From positions 115,921 through 179,920 of the forward strand of contig VJWM01000266.1 in the NCBI GenBank assembly GCA_010909165.1: 64,000 nt of DNA, given 5' to 3'. This stretch comes from Anthoceros angustus. Its lineage: Eukaryota; Plantae; Anthocerotophyta. Positions 46,790 through 59,960 of this stretch are shown here, piece after piece (position 1 is the first letter of the stretch; every line of letters starts with the position of its first letter). A program made the position numbers and the translations under genes. The notes below the pieces were generated by a model. The model saw only the letters and a list, made by a program, of their open reading frames with translations, had not been told where the DNA came from and searched no databases.

Positions 46790-49700
46790 GTTGCGAGGCC
46801 TCCAGGTGGCAGACATCTAAGGAGGGCAAAGTGCGGTTTTATAAAGACTTCTACTGCACACGATCAAGTCGGACGTAAGCGTATGAGAAGAAGGTGGAGG
46901 AAGAGTGACGGTCATCGCTATCGCCGCCCGCCCCACCTCAAGCATGTAAGGAGAAGATGGCACGTAGATGGCCCCCGCGATTTGGTCGATTTTTGGCAAT
47001 GGGCGGAAGAAGACAACATCCAATTGGGATGTGTGTATGGCCGCCAATGGGCCTACACCAATTTGGACTTGATTGAGGAGTGTTACATCAACCTCCATCA
47101 ATCTGGAAGTGCAGCCCCGCTGCATTGCCGAGAGAAATATGGGGTGGGCACCCCTCAACCTCCCAAAGGAGGTGGAGAGGAGGAGCCAAGGCCGCCCAAG
47201 GGGTGGTGGCGGCACCACCTGGGAGGCGCAGCGTGAAGGCGCCTGCAGCATGGAGGCCTCGACTTCGCCCAAGGCCAAACGGCCCAGATAGCATGATTGG
47301 GAGGATTCCTGACTTGTCTTCGACTGAACGGACACCTCGCTACCGAGAGGTGCTGGGAGGATATCCCGCCTCCTCCTTCCGGGTCCCGGGAGACGGAGCT
47401 GGGCCGCGACGGCTGGGTGCAACTTTGCTCGAAGGAGTCAAGGCCGGCGACGCCTCGCCACCAAAGAATTACACAAACTGAGCCAGCTGAGCCACGCCGG
47501 ACGAAACGAAAGCAATAAGAGGCGGAAGGTGGCTCCCACCGACGAAGCGCCAAGGAGCATACCACAAGGCCTCGCCCACCCCGCCTACGGGAGTGGCAAG
47601 AGGTGAGGCGAGGAGGCAGAGCTGAGGAGAGGACACGCGCCCATAAGGGGGCCACCGGCAGTTAAAGAATATCCGGAGCCTGGGCCCCGCTTCCAACGGG
47701 AGAGGGAAACGCTAGGCTCCCGAACTCCCTCACCACCTCCGTCCAGCCCCTCGTGTGGAGAAAGAGGGCGGAGAAGGAGTTAGCGCCAAGAGGGCCAAGG
47801 AAGGTGAGGCCTCCCACTTACAAAGCACTCAAGACCTCGAGGGTCCTGACAGGGGTCCGTGAGAAGCCGCAAACTGACTCGGCCTCGATCAAGGTATGGA
47901 GGTCCTCATGGATCGGAGATGCCCGTGATCCACGATGCAAACTTTTGGGTGCATCATCATCAGCGCCGTGGAAGAGACACGGGCGGATTTTGGCTACCGT
48001 CATGGACGCCGGTATGCCTGGGGTTCCTCGTGGGACGGCAGAGAAGACCTGTGGAGGTGGAGGCAACAAGGAGGCGTGATGGTGCCCCCTCCTGTGAGCG
48101 ATGGAGGCGGCCTGTGAGGCGAAGAAGAAGGCGGAATCCCTCGGGCACAATTCGAGGAGGGAAGCGCCGGGGTGGGACGGCGCACGGAGGTCTCTGGGTC
48201 CATTCCTTCGGCAGATCAGACATTTGAAGGTCCTTCTGCCTGTGTGAACAGCCTGAAGCACGCATTACCCAGGCCCAAGCACGGGCAGAGGACCTCCTCA
48301 GCAGTATGAGGGGGTAGCTGTATGAAGAAGCTGCAGGAGGCCGCAGGGCAAGCGGAGAGGGCTCTTCCGGGACCGCCGTCAGGCGGCTAGGCGGAACAAC
48401 ACCAAGCCGGGCAGAGGCCTGTGTGAAGGCGGGCGCTACGAGGCGGAAGCCACGCAAGCCTAAACCGACCGTGATCACTACCGAGGGATCGGAACCGTGG
48501 AGGGGAGGGCAGGGACTTTAGGGACCTCCGCTGCCAGCCCTTTTAAGGCGGAACAGAGGCAGTGAGCAAAGTGCTAGGGCCGGGCCCAATGTGTAGAGGA
48601 GTGAAGGAGGCCAGCAATAAGGAGATGGAGGATCTCCCACTGGCTTGCAAAGTGGAGGAGCAATGTGTGAGATGACTGCCAAGGAGGTGGAAGGACCGGG
48701 ATTAACAGGCACTCGTGACCGAGGGTCCCTGACAGTCCGATGTTCAAGTCCTGATTCTCTCCGATCACTGCATTTCGTCTCTAACGGACCGGGAGATACC
48801 TCCACACCCACAACGGACTTCCGGGTGTCTCTCGGTGGCCGTGGAGGAAACATCATGGGTTTTGCCACCGCTATGAATCGGTAAGTGCTTTTGGGGTCTT
48901 GTGGTGGATGGCAGAAAGACCAAGGTGAAGTGGAAGCCACCGTATATGGATGGTGCTACCCAGAGCAGGGAGGCGCCCAATCGGCCAAAAGAATCGGAGT
49001 CCCCTACCGGATCGTAGGGAAAGCTGGAAGCTGGAGAGGGAGGTCCTGTCTGTTTCACAAGAAGACCGGACTAAGGTCCCTTTCAAATGGCAAATAGCTT
49101 GAAGTGTGCGCAGGAGGCCCAAGCCCGGCCGAGGGACCTCGCCGCCAAGGCGAGAGAGGCGGGCAGCAGAGAGTTGGAGGAAGCCCAAGACAAAGTGGAG
49201 GCAGCTTGAGACTCGGGCCGAGGCGGCTCAGCAGGAGCAACACCAAGCCCCGGGAGGCTGGCCCAGTGAAGGGGGGCACGGGAGGTCAAGTCAGCAGCTA
49301 AGACCGGGACTGGGATCATTACTCGGCGAGATCGAAAACCAGTGGGAGGGAGACGCAGGAATGCAGCTCTAACTCCAAGGCTGGAGTGTGGCAAGGAGGT
49401 AACGGTACTACCGTGCAGGTGAGGGAGAAGGATACAGCAACCGGGAGATGGAGGATCTCGGCCTGGCCAGTGGAGCGGAGGAACGCGGCAGGAGATGAAG
49501 GACCGCAAGAGGAGACCTGAGCTACAAACCCAAAACACAATCGAGCCGGAACGGAGCTTTTCCAAGGCGTGATCGCTTTATCACGAAAGCGGAGATAGAG
49601 CCGACCCCTGCTTGGAGGGCGGAGGAGGTGAGGCTGGAACAAGGAGCGTGACGCCGCCAAATGGAGAAGGAGACCTGACAAGCAAGGAATCGGGCAGAGC

Positions 49701-49950
49701 TGCCTGACCGCCTCGTGGGAAGGAGAAGCGCGTAAAAGAAGCCGGCCTGGGGCTTGAGGAAGGCGGAGGGGGAGCGCCGCGCTATGGTGTAGGCCGGGCC
49801 GAGGTGCAGAAAAACGGGAGCTTGAGCAGGGAGCAGCGCGGCCGCAAGAAGTGACGGAGGCTTTGTGGCCTCCCGAGATTCTCGCACGGCACCGCAACAT
49901 CTAATCAGAAACGAGCTGTGCGGTCATACAGCACGCCTAGCTACCGGAGC
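46790..49950 (+). pseudogene. 3' extra ORF of an Athila-like Gypsy (ORF2/env-like position), degraded
   Basis: Lies between INT and PPT. WAEEDNIQLGCVYGRQWAYTNLDLIEECYINLHQS is conserved with the minus-strand copy (~57885-57980). Charged, coiled-coil-like tail. Confidence 0.55.
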
Positions 49951-50595
49951 ACTCTCAGTGAAGGGAGTATCGGAAGTGCCCGGCATGTGGAGGAGGCAAT
50001 CCAACAAGTCGACCTCGTGACTTTGCTTTACTACCACGCCCGAGCTCCTCGAAGGCTTTGGAGGCCTCAAGCACAACCGCTACCACTGATGGACTCCGAG
50101 GGATCTTCTAGAAGGTGGGGCGGAGAAGAAGGGCCCGGATAGCATCGGGCCTTGGTGGCTTGTTCGGACGACTGCAACAAGGGGGGGAGGAGCCCTGGAG
50201 GAGCAACACGGGCGAACGAGGCATGAGGTGAGTAAGCCACCCAACCCTCCGGGAGGAAGGGACGAGGCCCCGAAGGTGGAGAGGGAGGACCAGGGGACCC
50301 GAGCTGTGAGGGGGTCCGGAGTGGAATGGACCCCAAAGTCCAAGAATCCGGGAGTCCGGGACTTGAGGTCCTGACCCCAGACAAGTTCGACCCCGAGGTC
50401 CGAGCCTCAGAGACAGACCGACCTCGAGGTCCTCGAGAATAAGGCCGATCCCCGAGGATCGGACCTCGAGGTTCAGACCGGACCCCGAGGTCCGGACTCA
50501 AGAGGAGAGGGGGAGTCACCACCGGCTGTTTCACAAAGTGAGCAACACCGCGGTCCCTACAGAAGGTGACCCACCCGGGGGCGAGGAGAGGAGGA

Positions 50596-51458
50596 TGTGG
50601 TGGTTACCGCGGTTGTCAGACCACCGCCGGTAGCCCAACCTGATAGGGTCTCGGGAAGGGGAAGGGGCCCCGCCCGATCATCCGATGGGTGCGCCGCAAG
50701 TCGTAATGGAATTGGTTCCATCGGGCGCCGAGGCGAACCAAGGGCACTCGAGGCCCACCGCCGACGACGGAGATAGCGGAAGAGGGAAGATAGTAGGCGG
50801 CCGATTATACACCGAGCTGGCCACCACTAATAGAGGTAATAAAGACGCCTTTGGGCGAGTATAAGAGGGCCGGAGCCGCCTAGTAAAGCATCTTTCTTGG
50901 GGTGGATACCGTAGACCCTTGTGCGTTTCCGCTAACGTGAGTCCCGAGTCATCCGAAAGGTGCAAACCAAGAGATCGATCAAGGTCCGTGACGGACCCTA
51001 ACGTGTGGGGTGTGTGCGGTGGAGGACGATCCGAGACCCTTGCTCTTCCGTAGCAGCCGCCCGACGCCGGACGGACCGAACGCGTGAGCTGGGAACCCCG
51101 GAGGCGGTAGAGCCTCGGACGAGAGGCCCGGAACGACGGAGGAGGTCCGGACCACGCAGCCACCCACTCTTTTCCAAGAAGTGATGAGCGATTGAGAATG
51201 GTAGGAGAATGGACTAGACGGAAGGAACGGATCGATAGGGTATGGACGCCAACGAGTCTTAAACGCTTGGCCACACTGGCCTGCTCGTGAACGCAGAGTA
51301 GTCAGAAATCACGCTGCCGCGCTTGAGTCCGAACGCCACGACATTGAGGTGAGAATCATTGAAAACGTACAAACGAGACTATCATTCTCTTGGGAAAGGA
51401 CTCTTGCTACAACGACACGGATTGTGGCGCCCGCTTGCTAGTGAAAGTCGCTACCACA
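50596..51458 (+). repeat. Athila-like LTR (863 bp) with PPT upstream and PBS downstream
   Basis: PPT gaggagaggagga, then TGTGGT...ACCACA termini, then PBS TTTTGGCGCTGCTGCCGGGAA at 51459-51479. Confidence 0.9.
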
Positions 51459-51758
51459 TTTTGGCGCTGCTGCCGGGAATGAGATCGCTAGTATAGTGTG
51501 AAGGTAAGAGTGGGCGCAGAGGACGAGAGGTAGTTAAGAACGAATCGCCGGGTGAGTTTGACATCGTAACCGCCAGAGTGCTCAGAGCTCGGGAAATAGA
51601 GAGGCGCTCAACGCGATGGTTCCAAAGATGCAAGTAAGTGTGAGCTGTAGATTTGTCACCGTGAGGAGACGAGTGCAAGGTCCGGCAAGAAGGGGACTGA
51701 ATCTCAACCATCGCTGGCCGAATGGCCACAACGTCAACAAAGCAAGCATACTCCCTCT

Positions 51759-54632
51759 TTGGGGGTGGAGAGGGACGCGGAAACCTTCGTGGAGGATTTT
51801 GTGTCCCGGGCAAACTTCAACAGAGAAGGCTCGAACGCACAGCTCATTCAACTGTTTCAGGGGGTCCTTCGGGGAACGGCGGCTCAGTGGTACCGGAGGA
51901 AGTACCGAGCACCTCAGAATGCCCCCCCTGTGACCTTTGAAGCGCTGAAGGATGCCTTCCTGGAGAGATTCCGTGGAATCGACCAGGAAGGCTACGTCCT
52001 GTCCAAGCTCGAGAATCTGAAGCGGGGAAAAACGGAGAAGCTGGATCGTACATCGAACGGTTCTACGGACCCAAGACCCCACCCACACCACCATGCAAAG
52101 TGGTGCGATGGTTCGCGGCCTCACCTAAGCCAACAAGCGCATGTGCCGTTGTCACGAGAAGGATGTGAGTAAAGCGGTCCGGGCGAGAACTACGAAGAAT
52201 CGATGCACCAACAAAGGACGAGGATGACTCAAGGAGGGAAGAAGAAGAAGAAGAGACGGGGTTCGGAGTCTAAAGATGAGGAGCCCTCGGAAGAGGAAGG
52301 TGAAGAGACGGAGGTTTCTTCGGAGGAAGAGGGGGAGATCTCCGAGGTAGAGTCCGAAGTCTCTACGGAGGAGGAGGAACCCCGCCGCAAAAATAAGAAG
52401 AAGAAGCCCGTAGTGAAACGGAAGGCCGAGAAAAAGGAGGTCGTGATGCTTGCCCCGGCGCGAGAGGCTCCACCTGATCCGGCCCCCTTAAAAGAAGTAG
52501 CGGGTTTGAGGGAAGACTTGGAGCGGGTAATGAAGAGGGTTGAAGAGTTAACGATCAACCAGGTGAAGGATCGCGAGCGGCGGAAGGCGGCCACCACGGT
52601 CCGGACCCATTTATGGTGCGCAGTGTGCCATCAACATGGGCACTCGAAGGCTAACTGCCCCTCCAGGCCTGTGAACCAAGTGGAATACGACTACGAGGAA
52701 GAGCCAGAGGAACAATGGGAGGACGCATACCAAGTGCAGGAAGCACCTCCGGGGCCGCGATATCCAAAGACGATGTATCCTACGGCGGGGGTCCGTCCAT
52801 GCCCCGTCCTCCGATGCAACCCCGCATGGGGCACCCAGAATTCCGCGTGGTTTGTTGAACTGGTGGAAACTCGCACTCCAACGCTGCCCATACCCCACCA
52901 GGCAAGGTAATGGAGATTTCGAACGCCTGTGGGGATTGTGCAAAGCGGACATATGGTGGGGGCAAGATCACTGTCCGAACCTCGCCAAGGACGGCCACGC
53001 CACCCCGGGCTGGGAGCCTCGTCCACCTACACCCCCCATTCCCAAGGCCGCGCCGGTGCTGCAGATTGAAGATGCACAGCTGGCGGAGTGGGAGGAGACA
53101 CCAAGGGAACTTGGGACGATGTGGCGAGAAGCGGTTACTGCTAAGGAAGAGGAGGTGGCCCTGGAGGCGCTGGAGGTGTCAACCCGAAGTCGCAGAAAGG
53201 AGAAAGGAGAGAAGGCAGCTGAAAAGGAAGAAGAATGGAGAGAGCACCATGGATACGGAGGAGGGTGCTCCCGTAAAGGAGGGGGAACCAGCCAAGGAAG
53301 GAGAGTTGGATCGGGCAGCTCTGCCAGAGGAATCACCCGAGAAGAAACTTCCCGTGAGGCAGTGAGGGAAAGAACGGACCCACCCAAGGCCACACCCCAG
53401 TTTCCGCTGGATGTGGTCCGTGAGGTGACGGAGATGCTCAGAGGAGATCCCAGGCTGGTCTGAGGTGGTCCGCCACGGGGCGGCGGAGAGCTAGAGACTT
53501 AGCCGACACAAACGAAGGAGCTCACTGCTCAAGGTTCGACTTGATGATGAACCAACAAGACCGTGTCGCTTGATGCCTATTGAGAGATAATCCGAAGTAC
53601 AGGCAGGAAGTTCGGCGGGCCATCAAGGAGACACAACCACGCAAACACCTGTGGTAAGACCAAACCAGTGGAGGTAAGGGTGGTATCCCATATGCATCCG
53701 GGGAGCCGTGGTTCGTGGAAATCACCGGGTGCGAATCAAAACGTACTCGGACACAAAGTTTCGGAGTCAACCTCATCACTAAGCCACAAAGAAGACGGTT
53801 GTAGTTCAGCTGCTTTGAGCCATCCACCAAAACTCTCAGGATGGCGGACATGTCGAGACGCGCGCCGGCGGGAGAGTTGTCTGGAGTCCAAGCAACCATA
53901 GTGGGGGCACCCTACACTTAAGACTTCGTGGTCATCAAGCCCGCCGGACCCTTGGGGTACGAGGTACTATTAGGACGTCCCTGGCTCGGACTCGCCCAGA
54001 CAAAACTACACTTCGGGAAGAAGGAGATCCATTTTAAACCAGTTGACTGGGATCCGAAGGTAAGGGAAGGACGGGTAGTGATCACCTAGAGCAAGGACAC
54101 ATACAGCGGAGAAACTGTGAGCACCACGGAGGGGTACACCTTTGCCGAGGATAGTGGGAACGACGAACGGGAGGATACGGATGACGCCTACCCCTTTCCA
54201 AAAATCTCGTGGTCCGAAGAGGAGATGGACTACCGGAGGGACGCTTTTGGAGCGGGAGGGTTGTCAATCAAGCTTCCGGTGGATGGTCAAGCCAGTGGGA
54301 GGACGAGAGGCGAAGAGGGCCCACTGACGCCTAAAAGGGCGGAGCCTGAAGAAGTGACCCGTTTTACCTCGGACGAGCTTTTCCGAGAGTGGGGGATGCG
54401 TGAGGATGAACCTCGGATGGAGGATGACGGGTTTGGACGTAGCAAAGCTGCGAGGAAAAGGGAGACAGTCAATCCGGACGATGTGGAAGATGTGGAGGTC
54501 CGACCCGCCAAGTCCCTAAAATTCCGGAAGGGTATGCAAGCGGAGTTGAAGCGAGACCTCACACAGCTGTTGGGGGAGTTCAGCGAGGTATTTGCTTTCA
54601 AGGTCACGGATATGAAGGGCATTCTGAAATAG
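51759..54632 (+). pseudogene. gag: Athila-like gag-protease and start of RT, truncated at ~54640
   Basis: VLRGTAAQWY...TFEALKDAFLERFRG; knuckle CAVCHQHGHSKANC; protease motif YEVLLGRPWL at ~53958; pre-RT LTQLLGEFSEVFAFKVTDMKGI. Confidence 0.88.
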
Positions 54633-54649
54633 TGGGGAGAACACCGGTG

Positions 54650-57600
54650 TGGTAGGGAAAACCCCGGGGCTTCCGAGATCCTCCCACTATAGCGGCCACA
54701 CTTATCCCACCTGCCGTCAGACGCTGGGTTTCATTCCCATGAGACTTGTGTGAAAGTTCGAGGTCCCGTGATGACCGCACCGCAGACACAACTTCTCGCC
54801 TTCTAAACAAGCAAGGCGCCTCACTCCTCTTACAGACTGCACCACTTGCACCGCCCGAAAATCACCAACTCGACCTACAACGACACAACACAATTGCAGG
54901 TCCCGCCTTAGCAATGAGGAGCCTATCACGGCGCCTGTGGACCCCCTCGATCCACACCGCATTTCGTCCCTACTTCTAAGACCACTCTTCCACCTGGAGC
55001 GCCTTTACTTGCATTTGTTTGGATCTGGCCCCTTAGGCTCGCCGTGGCCTTCCACTAACACCTACACCTCTAATCCTCTACTCATCTCTCATCCTCTTCC
55101 TCCTATTCTAACCTCGCCTGGCCATCGCTTCACCGCCTCACGGCACAACCGCCTGGGGTCGGCCTCCACCAAAGAAGTTCTTCCTTGGGCCATATGAGTT
55201 TGACACCGACAATGAGAACCTCCAGTGAGTCTTTCCCCGTAGTCTACCCTCAAGCCGAGAGTTCCTGGCATTGCCACACACCCAAAGCAAAGCACAAAGA
55301 ACCATTCACAAGGGGAGTAACTGCTTAGGCACTTGCAGGAGCAAGTCCTCCACCAAGCACTCCGACCACCGCGACTTCCTCTACTACGCTGGCTCCAAGA
55401 CGAAATTCCTCAGAATGGCAAAGGACTCATGAGTGGAAGCGCAAGACGTGATACTTTACTTTGTGAAATCCTCCTCTTATAGGAGGCCTTCCACATACAA
55501 CCTCCCTTAGGTGCCCCTACTGCAGGTCACCTTTTCCAATTTTCTATTATTTCCTACCGCCAAAGATTTAACCCGCACCTAAGTCTATTGTCCGATCCTT
55601 GGTAAATTCTATTCTAGTAACTTCACCTAAGTCCATCCTTGAAAGGATGTCACCACATCACCGTCCTTTCTATTCTTCTATCTAACATTTATGGTCTTTG
55701 ACCATATCTAGTCCTCACCGTGGGACAGTGACGTCTGTGTGGATTGGCCCCTCGCCTCCTTTTGCCTTGCCCCTTCCCGCCCTTGTCATCTTCCTAATGT
55801 GCAAGTACAATCTGCTTCCTTCCTCCTGGGCTTCCTCCGGGTCCTCCACACCGCCTCCGCGCCAGCCTCGCTCACCGGTCGCGCCTTTCCAAGACTCACC
55901 GCTGTAGTCCGCATCATCGTAGGTCGACTACCTACCATGGTAGTCCGACCTCTTCTCCTCCTTCTCCATCTGAGGTTCAAGATCTCCATTGCTCTTGCCT
56001 CGCTTGTATTTGTCCATACCTACCATAGAGCATCTTCAAAGATCCCCATCTCCCACACCGATCTCCTTACTAATCTTCGGCCTTTGCTCCTCCTCCCGGC
56101 TCGGCCCTTCCGCTCGTGAGGGAACTCTCACTCTCCTTCCTCGGCGGATCTAATCCCGCCTAGTCTCTCCGTGGGTTGTCTCCCACCACCCCGCCTCCGA
56201 GGGGCATACCACCCCCGCCTTCATCTCGCCTGGCCTCATGTCGACTCCCCAGCCCGCTCACAGTACTGCTTTCACCCCTAGTCCGCGACTACCGGCGTGG
56301 GTTTGGCCACCACGAGTCCGGGCAGACCACTGGGTAGGTGGTCACCTACCATGGTAGACTGAGGGGCTCCCCCTCCCTCGCGCCATCTTCTACCTCGGCG
56401 CCCACGCCCGCCTCCTTCTCCTCCCCCCCCGAGTCCATATCCGATGGCCTCATCAAAGTCGGAGCTCCGCACTTGCGCCTCCTTCTCCATCATCATGAGG
56501 ACCCAATGTCCTCCTCTTGGCCAAACGCAAGATCTCATTGGCCTTCAAAATCCTGTGGAGATGAGCCCCAAGCTATGATATTGCATTTGGAGATCATCAA
56601 TCCGGGCCACTTCCATCCTCACACCTACCTTGTAGGCCCTTCATGGTGGTCAATTCTCCCACTCGACATGGAGCACATTCTCCTCCCTTGCTTTCTATTA
56701 ATTTTTTGCTTGAAGGGCATAGCCAAAATCTTCGCTTTACTACCAAGATCCTGTACCACTTTCTTGTGGTACCCTCCTCCAAGACCTTTCTCCGCCTCAG
56801 TCCGCCAATCTTGCAAGCCCTTTCTCCACTCTCACTCCTCTCGCCTCCAGCTCTTGCACCGCCATGTCTTGAGGCTTTTTGCTCGCCTAGCTTCTTCTTC
56901 CAAATTAAACCTCCCTGCACTCCTAATATCTCGGATTTTGATGCTTGCAGATCACCCGCCTCCTGCATTCACCGCCGAGTCACCGCTTCTCCTCTAGAGC
57001 CTGCTTGCCCTTCCGCTGTTCCACCAGCAAAATGCCCGCCTGGCTCCATGAGTCTTTTGGGTGGTTGCGGTAGCTCTCTCCTCGCTTTGACCAACCGTCC
57101 CTCCAAGACCTTTTCCGCCTCGCTAGTCCACAAGCTCTAGGCACCATGCAATGGTGGAACTCCCCACCCTTGAGGTAGTTCTTCTCATAACTACCACTTG
57201 GCCCTCCTTGGCCAGATCTTGCTCCTCCTCCTCGCTTGTTGGGGAAAAGCCTCCCACTCCGGCAGTCTTGTTGCCTCCTCTTCTTCCGTTCTCGGTCCTG
57301 GTGTGCTTGTGGAGGTCTGACCTCCCGCTGTCTTCCTCAATGCAAAAGGCAAAGGCCTTTCCAAACTTGGCTGGAGATGAATTATCTCCAAAGGATGCCA
57401 AGCATCTTCCAACTCCTTGCCTGTGAGAAGTCCCTCTGTTTCCCACAAATGCACCAAATAGGTGCTAAGGTAGCAAGACCTGGGCCCTTCCTCATCCACT
57501 GAATTCGGCTTGAGGAGCTTCTCCCGGTGGTGGATGTATGCTTCATACATAATGGTTCCCCAATCCGCTTGGCTCCCATGGAAATCTTCCACAAAATTGG

Positions 57601-59955
57601 AGGAAGTTGCTGAAATAAGAAGTTCGTTGGTAATTCACCAACCCCAGCACAATCTTGCAAAGAGCCTCCACTTCAGCCTCCTTGATGCTCTCTTCCACCA
57701 TTCTTGGCATGGGCCTTCACTCCATCCATCATGTCAAGGAACTCGGGAATGAGAGGGTCCTCTTCCTCCATTCGACCTTCGAGGAGAGCAATGGAGCTCT
57801 CCTCCGGCCTCCCATACACACTGCCTAATGCTTTACGCCCAGAGATCCCGAGCATTCCTTCCTGGGCGGCAGGCTGCCTCGATTGATGGAGGTTGATGAA
57901 CACTCCTCAATCAATTCCAAATTGGTGTAGGCCCATTGGCGGCCATACACCCATCCCAATTGGATGTTGTCCTCCGCCCACCGAAATCACTAAATCTCGG
58001 GTTGCTGCCCGCAAAGCACGTGAATTGAGGCATTAAAAGCTCGCCTCCTCGCGGCGCAGCCTCGCTGCCCTTTCCTTCCTCCTCGAGGAGAGCCTTTGGC
58101 AGCGGCTCCTTCCCTTGCCTTTTCCCGCTCGAGGCATGGCGGCGCCTTCCTTTCCAAGTGTTTTGAGGAGGGAAGAGATTATTTCCTATTCCAACACTAG
58201 CAACCTCAGCTTCGCCTCCCAAGTGCTTCTCCTTCTCCAACTAGCGTAGGCACAACACCACGGTCAATTCGGTTTTCCGCTGCAATCGCCTCCTCCTCCT
58301 TCCAAGGCGTTTCGCAACCCGCCTCCGCCTCGCTAAGCTTCCACTCTGCAGTCACTCTTGGTGCCCTCCTCCAGGTTTTCCGAGCTCTGGTGCTTTTCAC
58401 GCCCACTGACGCCTCTTCTCCACCTCCTTTCCTTTTCTTCGCCAATCGCCGGCTAGGGTTCCTTCTAGCTCCACATCGCCTCCTCTCGCGCCTTCCTCTG
58501 GCGGCGATGGCGATGGCACTTCCTTCTCCTCTTGCCTTACGCTCCAGCTCCGCCTCGCCAAGTGAAGTTGGCTCATAAGGAAAGTTGGCGCGCCCAAATT
58601 GCACTTTGCCCTCTTTGGATGTCGCCACCGAGGCGCACAACCCTAGATTGGTTCATCATTCCAAAATCCTAATCCTATCTAAACTGCCTATTTCCTATTT
58701 TACCTACTATCTCTAATTAATCGCTTTCTAATTACTTTGTATATTTATTCCCTATTGATGAGCATATATAGTGGATATCCCCCTTCTAATTTCCTTTTTG
58801 CGAGATCTGCCCACCACGGTAGTCGCCACCACCGGGTAGTTCCGCTTCTCGCCTACCACGAGTGTGGCAGCCTCACGGTGGTAGTCCGCTGACCACCAAC
58901 CTTTGACCTCTCCGCTTGCCTGGGGTCGTTTTGACCGCTCTTCTTCCTCTGGGATATCCTCTTCGCCTTCCTAACAATATCCTACAACTCCAGCTTCAAG
59001 ATTCTCGAAAATTTCGGCATGCTCCTCTTCAATCGTTCCTAGCCAAAAAATCAAACTTGTTTGTCTTGGCTCTTTGGGCTGGTTGCCCAAACTTTGCTCC
59101 ACATACTCCCCACCTCACCGCTTTTGCGTCCTCGCAACAACAGTACCGGGTTGAAGGTACTTCTAACCTTCCACCCATTCACGGGTCGGCACACCGCCAC
59201 CACCCGAGTTGCAGATCCATTCTCGTATACCGCGACCACCTCAAGGTCCCATCCATCTCACCTAAGCTTCGGGAAGTCTATCGACTATCATATAGAAGAA
59301 CCAAATCCCCCACGATAGCCTCGCTTCCTCAACTTCCCATCATGCCGATCTTTTCCGAGTTCCCGAATCTGGTTTCTTCTAAAGCATCTTCCCTATTCCT
59401 CCTCCGCTCTATGAAAGATTCTAACCTAGCTAGCGACTATCCTCTAGTCATCGTTCATCCTCCATGATCCAGTAGGTAGGTACTTCAAATTCCACGGGCA
59501 TCACAGGACATACCATACGCCGATAATAAGGGGTCTTCTTGGTGGTTATTTTCTTCTGTCCCGTAGCCACAATGTGAATGCAACTTAGCATCCCAATCAT
59601 ACATGTGTGTTACCTACCTTGGTGAGGATGCAGAGCAACCCATTCGTCTTCTCCGCAATCCGTTGCCTTGGGGTTGTGGGGTCGTCTTCCGATGCCGAAT
59701 GTTGAAGTAGGTGGTTAGGGACTCAACGACAGAGTTGAGGAAATGTGTCCCTCCGTGACCAACTCTAAAGGACACCCGCACTGTTATGATGTTCTCGAAT
59801 AAAAACTTTGCCACGCAGGCGTCCTTCCTCGCCGCCTCGCCTCCACCATCTTCGCAATAATCCGTAGCCACCAAAATGTCGCTTCCTTGTCCATTGCGTC
59901 GGTGGTTTGATTGGCCCTACGAAATCAATTCCCCACTTTTCGAAGGGTGCTAAGC
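54650..59955 (-). mobile_element. Second Athila-like Gypsy fragment, inverted (integrase plus 3' extra ORF)
   Basis: INT at ~59130-59955 (LAPFEKWGIDFVGPI, FLFENII, GTHFLNSVV). ORF2 at ~55800-58640 (DWGTIMYEAYI...YLSTYLVHLW). Homologous to 39165-47100. Confidence 0.85.
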
Positions 59956-59960
59956 TGAAC

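Noticed and set aside
47300-51274. Many overlapping 100-200 aa ORFs
   Set aside because: GC-rich, stop-poor shadow frames of a degraded ORF2 and LTR; no independent domain evidence.
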